Shown here in pieces: positions 53,976-64,000 of a stretch of 64,000 nucleotides of DNA. How positions within the stretch are numbered: the first letter of the stretch is position 1; every line of letters begins with the position of its first letter. A program made the translations under genes and the position numbers. This DNA is from the human T2T-CHM13v2.0 reference genome, Homo sapiens. The notes beneath the pieces are model-generated. The model saw nothing but the letters and a program-made list of their open reading frames with translations. It did not search any database and was not told where the DNA came from. The stretch lies in assembly GCF_009914755.1 (NCBI RefSeq), contig NC_060928.1; one strand, given 5' to 3'.

Positions 53976-56564
53976 TCAAGGAACTAGAAGAACAAGAACA
54001 AACCAAACCCAAACAATGCAGAAGAAAGAAAATAATCAAGATCTGAGCAGAACTAAATGAAATTGAAACAAAAAAATTACAAACGATAAATGAAACAAAA
54101 AGTTGGCTCTTTGAAAAGATAAATAAAATTGATAGACCATTAGCAAGATTACCCAAGAAAAGAGAGAAAATGCAAATAAACTCACTAAGAAATGAAACAG
54201 GAGGTATTACACTGACACCACTGAAATACAAAAGATCATTCAAGGCTGGTATGAACACCCTTATGCACATAAACTAGAAAACCTAGAAGAGATGGATAAA
54301 TTCCTGGGGAAATACAACCCTCCTAGCTTAAATCAGGAAGAGTTAGATACCCTAAACAGACCAATAACAAGCAGCAAGATTGAAATGGTAATTAAAAATT
54401 ACCAATAAAAAAAAGCCCAGGACCAGACGGATTCAGAGCAGAATTCTACCAGACTTTCAAAGAAGAATTGGTACCAATCCTTGTGACACTATTCCACAAG
54501 ACAAAGAAAGAAGGAACCCTCCCTAATTTATTCTATGAAGCCAGCATCACTTTAATACCAAAACCAGGGAAGGACATAACAAAAAAATAAAATAAAATTA
54601 CAGACCGATATCCTTGATGAACATAGATGCTAACTAACATCCTTAACAAAATACTAGTTAACCAAACAAATCCAATGACATGTCAAAAAGATAATCCACC
54701 ACGATCAAGTGGGTTTCATACCAGGGAGGCAGGGAGGGTTTAACACAGACAAATTAATAAATGTGATACACCACATAAAATTTAAAACAAAAATCACATG
54801 ATCATCTCGACAGATAAAAAAAATTAGAGAAAATCAAGCAATCTTTATGATCAAAACTCTCAGCAAAATCAGCATACAAGGGACATACCTTAATGTAATA
54901 AAACCATCTATGAAAAAGCAACAGCCAACATAATACTGAATGGGGAAAAGTTGAAAGCATTCCCTCTGAAAACTGGAGCAAGACAAGGATGCCCACACGC
55001 ACCACTGCCCTTCAACATAGTATTGGAAGTCCTATTGAAAACCCTAAAGATTCCTCCAGAAAGCTTCTAGAACTGGTAAAAGAATTCAGCAAAATTTCCA
55101 GAGATTAATGTACACAAATCAGTAGCTCTCCTATACACCAACAGTGACCAAGTGGAGAATCAAATCAAGAACTCAACCCCTTTTATAATAGCTGCAAAAA
55201 AAAAATACTTAGGAATATACCTAACCAAGGAGTCAAAAGACCTCTACAAGAAAAACTACAAACACTGCTGAAAGACATCATAGATGACAGAAACAAATGG
55301 AAACACATCCCATGCTCATGGATGGGTAGAACTAATATTGTGAAAATGATCATACTGCCAAAAGCAATCTACAAATTCAATGCAATCCCCATCAAAATAC
55401 TACTAACAGTCTTCACAGAACAAACAATTCTAAAATTCATATGGAACCAAAAAAGAACCCACATATCTAAAGCAAGACTAAGCAAAGGAGGCATTACACT
55501 ACCTGATTTCAAACTATACTATAAGGCCATAGTCACCAAAACAGCATGGTACTGGTATAAAATAGGCACGTAGACCAATAGAACAGAATAGAGAACCTAG
55601 AAATAAGCCCAAATGTTAACAGCCAACTGATCTTCAACAAAGCAAGCAAGAACATAAAGTTCGGAAAGAAAAGGTGTTCCCTTTTCAACAAATGGTACTG
55701 GGATAATTGGCTAGCCACGTGTAGGAGAATGAAACTGGATCCTCACCTCTCACCTTACACAAAAATTAACTCAAGATCAATGAAGGACTTAAATCTAAGA
55801 CCTGAATCTACACAAATTCTAGAAGATAACATTGGAAAAACCCTTCTAGACACTGGCTTAGGCAAGGATTTCATGACCAAGAACACAAAAGCAAATGCAA
55901 TAAAAACAAAGATAAATAACTGGGAACTAATTACACTAAAGAACTTTTGCATGGTAAAAGGGACAGTCAGCAAAGTAAACAGACAATCCACGGAGTAGGT
56001 GAAAATCTTCACAATCTATACATCTAACAAAGGACTAATATCCAGAATTTACAATGAATTCAAACAAATCAGTAAGAAAAAAATGAAACAATTCCAAAAA
56101 AGTGGGCTAACGACATGAATATAGACAATTCTCAAAATAAGATAAACAAATGGCCAAAAAAAAAATGAAAAAATATGCAACATCACCAATGATCAGGGAA
56201 ATGCAAATCAAAACCACAATGCAATACCATTTGACTCCTACAAGAATGGCCATAATAAAAAAAAATCACCAAACCGTAGATGTTGGCATGGATGTGGTGA
56301 ACAGGGAACACTTCTACACTGCTGGTGGGAATGTAAACTAGTACAGCCACTATAGAAAACAGTGTGGAGATTCCTTGAATAACTAAAAGGAGAACTACCA
56401 TTTGATCCAGCAATCCCATTACTGGTTATCTACCCAGAGGAAAAGAAGTAATTATTTGAAAAGGATACTTGCACATGCACGTTTATAGCAGCACAATGCA
56501 CAATTGCAAAATTGTGGAACCAACCCAAATGCCCATCAATCAGCAAGTGGTAAAAAGCCTGTGA

Positions 56565-56568
<4 letters not shown>

Positions 56569-56636
<68 letters not shown>
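56569..56636. repeat. Perfect (TA)34 microsatellite
   Basis: Read directly; lies within the L1PB1. Confidence 0.95.
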
Positions 56637-56642
<6 letters not shown>

Positions 56643-57299
56643 ACTACTACTCAGCCATAAAGAGGAATGAATTAACAGCATTTGCAGTGACCTGAATAAG
56701 ACTGGAGACTATTATTCTATGTGAAGTGTCTCAGGAATAGAAAACCAAACATCATATGTTCTCACTGATATGTGGGGGCTAAGCTATGAGGATGCAAAGG
56801 CATAAGAATGATACAATGGACTTTGGGGACTTGGGGGTAAGAGCAGGAGGCAGGCGAGGGATAAAAGACTACAAATATGGTGCAGTGTATACTGCTCGGA
56901 TAATGGGTGCATCAAAATCTCACAACTCACCACTAAAGAACATACCCATGTAACCAAATACCACCTGTACCCAATAACTTATGGAAAAATAAATGAATAA
57001 ATAAATTTGTAGACCCAGTTTAGTGATTGCCTGTTTGTCCCCCATTCATCTCTTCAATCTTGTGTCTGGACATTTAACATGTGGCCTTGATTTTCCAGTT
57101 ATATGGATTAAAGTAAACAATGTTGTTTCTCCAATTTTTCAGAACCTTAATTAAATATTCTGTTTTCAGTCTTATACTGGACATGTGTATGCTGCTCACT
57201 CTGTACTCCAATGTTAGTGACCACAACAAAATACGTTCATAATAATGCTTTAGGGTTTAGTCTGGGTACGTGGGGCCTGGATTCATAGACAGGCAATCT

Positions 57300-57590
57300 G
57301 GTAGAGTGCTCATAAGAATAGGCTCAGTCTGGCATGCCTGGGTTTAAACCCAGTTGTACCACTGCAATCGCTATCTCTGTGTCCTTGGCAGGCACGCCAA
57401 CCACTACATCGCTATCTCTGTGTCCTTGGGCAGGTGTAGTCAGCCACTCTGTGGCTCAGATTTCTCCTGTGAAAATAATAATAGTAGCTATTTCTTAGCG
57501 ATGTTGTAAGGATGAAACTGGTTATTATAAATATAGCTCTTAGGGCACTGCCAATATTTATTCAGCACTGGCTATGATTATGTTTTCTTA
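57300..57590 (+). mobile_element. MIR SINE with an internal ~41 bp duplication
   Basis: gcctgggtttaaacccag...tgtgtccttgggcagg...ctctgtggctcagatttctc...gttgtaaggatgaaa. Confidence 0.8.
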
Positions 57591-59404
57591 TTGTCATATT
57601 AATTTTTATGTTCTCATTCTTTATTCCCAAAAGCCATTCCCTCACATAAGTCCTCATAGAAAAACGTGTCTAACATGACTCCTATTCCCATTTTAATTTC
57701 ATGTATTACACTTATTTGTTAAAAGTGGTCAGATTAGATTTAAACTAAGATGTGCTTGTGTGGTAGGTAAAAGTTCAATTGCAGGGCCAGTCGATATTAT
57801 CAATACACTTTGGTACATGCCCAATTATATTTTTGTAAATAATTTTGTGCACATAGTAAAAATTCAATACATAATATTTTACTCTATAAAAATTAATGAT
57901 TCTTCTCTCACTTTAGTGTCTGTGTGCCGATGCCTCCGTAGGAAAAATTGAATAAATACGCACCAAAGTGAGAAATGAGTTGTATTAAATTTATACTGAA
58001 GTGCGTGGTCATCTTAGTAATTCTAGAACTTTCCATAAACTATTTTATGAAATGCATCAACGTTTCTATTTTAGTGTCAAGACACCAGAAAAAATTAAAA
58101 ATGATTCTACTGTATTTAGTCCTACGATAGATCACACGACTATTCATCGAAGTGAAAATACTGGTGCTAACAAAAGCCAACCTTTCAAGAAATAATCTGC
58201 CTACAGTGTTTGATCCAGTATCTATACACATAAAACCAGCTGCAAGATAAGCAATACAATTTAAAACAGTTGTTACAATTTCAAGTGAAATTGGTTGCTT
58301 CCAATAAGACTTCCTTTTATATAGAGGGGAAACTCACAGTGTGGCAATAAATTCATATTCATTTAAATTAGTGCCTAAATATAATGTGGGTGGTCTCCCA
58401 AGCACTCCTTGGTGAATTATTGGCTAAGAGGTGTTTAGAAAGTCTGGGAGGGTGGGTAGTGATCATGGGTGATAGATACTGTCAAGAACTGAAGACAATA
58501 ATGAACTCATATAGTTAGAGTTCTAGGGAGAATTCATTTTTAAAGGAGTTTTTTGGATAAAATACTACAGAATGCCCAATTAGACATTCAAAAATAAGGA
58601 ATACTGCCTTTGAGACTCTGAAGAAAGAGGATAAAGGAGGATTAAAATTAAAATAATCACTTTTTATACTCATACTCTAGAATATTATCTTGCTTCCTAC
58701 CATACCATCACTTAAATGACTTACTCCTAATAATCTTTTACATCTCAGATTAGCTTCTGAACAGTTAAGCCTGGATTTTTTTCACCTATTTGGGCCTCAA
58801 TTTAGTTCCTCTACATAGCTCATATCAGATTGTTCATAATTTTCTGGTTATTATTTGTTTTTTTCATTTGATTCTAAACTATTTAGCCAGTAACTATGGC
58901 ATTTTTATTGTTATACTCCTAGCAGGAAAGGAACAGCCAGGAAGACCACGACCTTGTGGTGGTCCAGGTTTTTTTTTTTTTTTTTTCCCTCCTACAAATT
59001 GTCCAAGAAAGGTATGTAGTGTAGACCAAAATATATATTTTTGGCTAACAGAACTTTTGGCAACACATGTAAATTTAAGAAATCTAGTAAATTAGATTTT
59101 GGCTCTTACAACAAACATATGTCTCAAAATTTACTACACCAATGTGCCAAAAATTTTATTTGCCAGTATCCGAAAATACAGAGCCAGAGGGAAAAAGAAC
59201 AATCTTCTTAGATGCACTGGTCAAGCTTGCCAAGGCATCCTGGCTAAGCCATGGCTATTGGACCCTGTAACATGAGGCTGAGAATTGAGATTTGCTAGGG
59301 GTGCCTCTAGCTCCTGTTTTTCATGTAGGAAGAAAGAATATATGTGACCATAAAGTGCACTAACTTTAATCTGTTCTGAATCCTATTAATATCCTGACAT
59401 ACTC

Positions 59405-60160
59405 TAAGTATTTCCATTTTCCCTTCCAAATCTTCCCTCCACCCTTCTGCCCTCTGCACTGTGTCCCAGAAAAGAGATGTATGGCTTAGATCAATGGCCC
59501 CCTTGCCATCTGGCCTCTGCTTAGGTTGTTCCAGTTGGGAGGCCTAGCAGAAGAGAAGAGGGAGGAAGGGAAGTCATGCCACTGGAATATTTGTTCCACA
59601 GGTTCCCTCCAGCAGCGTTGTCACAGCTGCCTATATCCTTAACTGATGAAGGCCACACTTCATGTCAGATGTTCTTTTGCACACAGAGTTTTTTTGTTTG
59701 TTTGTTTGTTTGTTTGTTTTTTCCCCCTGAGACTTAACTCTCCCTGGCCCCGGCTACACGGCTAGAGTGTAGTGGTGCAGCGGCACGATCTAGGCTCACT
59801 GCAATCTCTGCCTCCTAGGCTCAAGTGATTCTCCTGAGTAAGCCTCCAGAGTAGCTGGGACCACAGGTGTGCACCACCACGCCCTCGGCTAATTTGTGTG
59901 CATGTGTGTGTGTATTTTGTAGAAACGAATTTTCACCATGTTGGCCACACAGCGTTTTACAGCTTTTTACAACTACTCCCTCCCCTTGGTCCTTTATCTC
60001 CACCTCCTCCTTTTGTAATTTGTTTCAGGATTCTGGAAGAGCCTAGGGGGATATCCTAACTCTAACTCTTTCCCATACTTTTGTTAAGTGTCCTTTCATT
60101 AAAACCTCTGCAAATTACATGATTTGAACATCTGATTCTTCTTCTGAGATCATTACTAAA
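59405..60160 (+). mobile_element. LTR33-like ERVL LTR interrupted by an Alu
   Basis: ctccacccttctgccctctgcactgtgtccc; cccttgccatctggcctctg; tcctttcattaaaacctc. Confidence 0.7.
59693..59945 (-). mobile_element. AluJ-like element, 5'-truncated, with a (TTTG)n tail
   Basis: Right monomer plus part of the left; TSD cacacag(a/c)gtttt (59680-59692, 59946-59958). Confidence 0.88.
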
Positions 60161-61467
60161 AAACACATAAAAAACATCTTGGGATGAAAACAAATTTTCA
60201 TACCTTCCTTACTCATCCTTAAAGAGACAAAGTCAGGGAAGATGGGAGAGATTATGTATGTGGTATAAATCATTTGAATTCTTTTATAATATGCCTTAAA
60301 ACCTGGGGTTTGCCTTGTAAACACAGAACATATAAGCAAAAGCCTTGAGCTTGCTATGCATAATATGGTATAGGTCAGCCAAGCTCCCTGGCTCATTAGT
60401 TTCTTCTTTGTCAAGTGGAGGGCTTAATATTTGTGCCTCATATTCCACAGACTTTGATAGTGGCCAGCTGATATCACTAATATGAAAACGTGTGTACAGT
60501 AAAACAATATGCTAATATTAGTTATTAATGTTAATACACACAGAGATCTTCAAAGTTTCAAATCTTTTTTATTATGATAGTAATTTTAAAAAATGATAGA
60601 CTAGGTAATAATTGAGATTTTAGCCAAAGTATTTGAATGCAAAAAGTAAAGAGAATTAAATACTAAAAATCAAATTATCAGTATGAATGTAAGAAAATTT
60701 TAGTAGTGACTTGAATCAATATTCAGATATTTTATTTAAGGTAAACATAGAGTATGCATGTCTAAACTTCCCTACTCTATGGTGTTAACTTGAAGGAGCT
60801 CTCCTATTTTATTCAGAGTATACAATTGTTTAACAAACTACTCTTTATGACTATTTTAAATATAAATTTTAATCATTGAAATGCACATACTGAAATGCAA
60901 AAGGAAAGACTATGAGTAATGTACAAAGTGAATTAAATATTCTGATGAAATTACTAAATTATTCATAAAGGGCTGCTTGGGTTTTAGTGCTGCAAAAATA
61001 TATTGTTAAAAGCAAGATTTCATATTGACACAAACAATCTTAATGGGAAAACATACCTTATGCTGCCTCAAGAGGGAAAACACTAAAATTACTTTAATAT
61101 TTGTATTTCTCACTTTTCTTTTACTTAAAGCATCTTGTGTCAATTTTAGTGGTGACAACAACTTTCTCTCTAGATTAACCTACTTTATCTACTTCAAATA
61201 ATATTGAAATAATTATGAAGAAGCATGTATTTTCATTAATGAAACAGATTTATAATAATTTTTTACAGATCTTAAAAAAGAGGGCATAGTTTTAATTAAT
61301 GTCTCTTTGAGAGAAGCTAAGAGGATGAAGTACAGTGGAGAGCAATTAATTGCATTACTTCACACCTTCAACGAAGATCTTTTCCTTTTAAAGTTAAAAA
61401 TTAAAAGAATTAAAAAAGCACTTTAAATATCTGGTGCTTTCTAATTAGTAGTAAAATTTTTCTAAAA

Positions 61468-61655
61468 CAATAGTTGGCAAACTTTTTTCTGTAAAGTGAC
61501 AATGAGTAAATATTTAGGCTTTATGGGCCATTTAATTTCTTTTGAAACTACTCAGCTCTGTTGCAATAGCGAAAAAGCAGCCATAGACAATAGCGAATGA
61601 ACAAGGTGATTGTATCCTATTAGTCACTGCTATGGCCATAGTTTGCCAATATCTT
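61468..61655 (+). mobile_element. MER58A hAT-Charlie MITE
   Basis: gttggcaaacttttttctgtaaag...aactactcagctctg...aaagcagccatagacaata...ggccatagtttgccaa. Confidence 0.88.
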
Positions 61656-64000
61656 TCTTAAAAAGTGAGTTCTCTATATTTTGAGTGAATATCAGGAGTA
61701 ATTTTTAAGAACATACCTAGTATATGTTTAAAATGTTCCAGCTGAAATGAAATCCACTTTAGAAATAAAGGATGAAAAGAGCACGCTATTATGCTGTTAC
61801 TAAATAATATAGTGTTTTCATGCTTTAGGCAAATGGAGTGGGCTGTTTTTCAGGTCTTTGCTTCTCTTTTGTGAAGGAAAGATGTTCTAGTGTTGGAATA
61901 AGTGCAGTCACTCTACCATCAGAGTCCTTCCATGTAAATGAAAGAGAAGGTCTTTACAGATACAGGTACCTAAATTTAATTTTAGGTTACAGGTATATGA
62001 ACTTGGAGAATGTGTCTACTATACTGAGCTTTGGTCTTTTCACCTGTTAAATAGTGTTCTCTGCTTTGAAAACTGTTATTAATATATAATGCATTTGTAG
62101 TTCTAGACACATAGCAGGTAATCCAGAAACAGCAGTCATCCCCTGCCTTCTTCAGCTTTATGAAAATAGCATATCTGTTATTTGGACCTGAGAGAAGAAT
62201 CACAAAGTTTTAAAAAATATTGTACTGTGGCAACAGGGAAGGGAGAACTAGGAGAATGAAGCAGATAATACCTTATCTCTTGATATTCTGACTTTTAATT
62301 TTCCTTCAGTAACTGTTCCTTCAAGTGGAATAGAGTTTTTCATAACATGGGATAGTTGGAATGGTCTAGATATTCATCCTGACCAATATATATTGCTCTC
62401 ACTGGCACACCTACTGAAGAATACCTGGCCGTTCAAACAGGGTAAAATCACAAATAGTTAGAATAATCCAGACATTCATAGAGCAGTGAAAATCATGCAT
62501 AAGCTTCAATTATCTTTACCTAAGCTTTTCAAGTTAAACTCCTTTTCAAAAGTCTCAGTCAAGAAGAAACTTTTTAAGGCTCTTAATTGAAAAACTAATG
62601 TGAAATTACAAGGATCAGAAGTGAACTTCAATACTGAAGCTATGATCACATACTCTGAAACAGTGAAGGGATATAGCTGTATGAAAACTATCAAGAAAGA
62701 CACAATTTAAGAGAATGTGACTCTTTATTTATAACAAGTTACTGGTATTTTTTTTGTTCTAAGGATCATGAGAGTAAAGAACACTGAAAAATTGAGACAC
62801 CTTTGCCACAAAATTACAAATGTTCCTCAAAACAATGAGGCAGTAGCAGAATAACAGAAGCCATTATAATCACAAGCCATAAAACTTTATTATACAAAGT
62901 GACTACAAACACTTAATAGATGCAAATAATTGTTATTACAGTGAAGGATTGAAAACCAAACTATTTCCATTTAGGTAAATCATGTCTCAAAAGTCTTCTA
63001 ATTAGCCCTTTTTGCTTAGCTGCATTTCAGTTATCACAGCCTTTACTATTCACACACTCAAAGGGTCCAGGTATGTTTCATTGTCCAACAATAACAATTC
63101 TTTTATTTATTCTGACATAAATATTTCAGAAATTGTTTGAGGAACAGAAATCAACTTTCTGGATTTGTCTACACACAGTAGACTATTTCTACCCGCAATT
63201 CTCTTATTCTCTTTGTCCAAATATATATATAATTTTATACATATATATATGTATGTATGTCTCAGTTAGAAAACTGGAAATGGTTATTTGAATAGAAAAC
63301 TCTTTTAGTGAGGAACATTTTTCAAAAAATAAGAATCTAGACAGATCACTTTAGGATTTACATTTCAGATTATTTTTTTCTTCATCTTTTATGTGTGAAA
63401 AAGATAAATCAACAGGAAAAATAAGCCTTTGTATTACATTCAGAATTTCCTTATGGTGTCTTTGTACCCATCTACATGCAAGCAAGTATCTACTACAGGA
63501 TCCCTTCCACCCAACACACCATGTCTCTCAGTTATGTTGTCTGTTAGTCAAAGCTTAATGTCTGCCACTTTTCTTTCTATTTGGGCCTATCATCCCCCAT
63601 CTCCGCTGAAGACTTGTGTCACAAGAGTACGGATTTCATCCTCATATTAGCCACTATAAGCTTAAACGCCTAACTGGCTTGTTATATTCCAAACCATCAC
63701 ACACAAATAAGATGAAACTTCTGCAGAAATTTTAATAATGTATCTTTTGTACTCAAGTATCTCTGTGAACTTTTTATGACTTCGTAATTTCCCCTAGCCT
63801 CCTGAAGTCCACATTCGTACTTCTCAGTTTATTGTTCTAACCTAACCTTTCATTGTCTCTATATGAATCTTAACTTCCAATTAATATGGAATTTTCATTT
63901 GTGCCCAGGCTTCTGTTTCTTTTTTCAAGCTGTTTACCCAGTTGGAAATTGTGATCTCTCTCCCTCTTACCTGTTGAATCCCCAGCTCGCATCTCTAAAC

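Overview
This window is AT-rich (roughly 35% GC), CpG-depleted human genomic DNA; an AluYb8 element, a human-specific subfamily, is the evidence for species. I find no protein-coding exon, CpG island or intact RNA gene, and the ORF track consists of L1/Alu/LTR/microsatellite fragments and chance ORFs. The window is dominated by fossil transposons. LINEs: a full-length decayed L1PA7-like element (24.3-30.7 kb, minus), a 4.2 kb L1PB1-like element, an L1MA, and a twin-primed inverted L1PA with a probable ~310 bp 3' transduction. Other elements: several Alus, MaLR/ERV1/ERVL solo LTRs, an ERV1 env (TM) remnant, Tigger/Charlie DNA transposons and MIR/L2 relics, plus a tailless 3'-truncated 7SK retropseudogene. 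The most unusual structure is a ~205 bp inverted duplication (42023-42228 / 43963-44168) made of unique DNA plus a FLAM carrying a non-Alu insert. I see no evidence of a new functional biological system; the findings are mostly records of mutational and retrotransposition mechanisms. Repeat subfamily names come from recalled consensus similarity and need RepeatMasker/Dfam confirmation.
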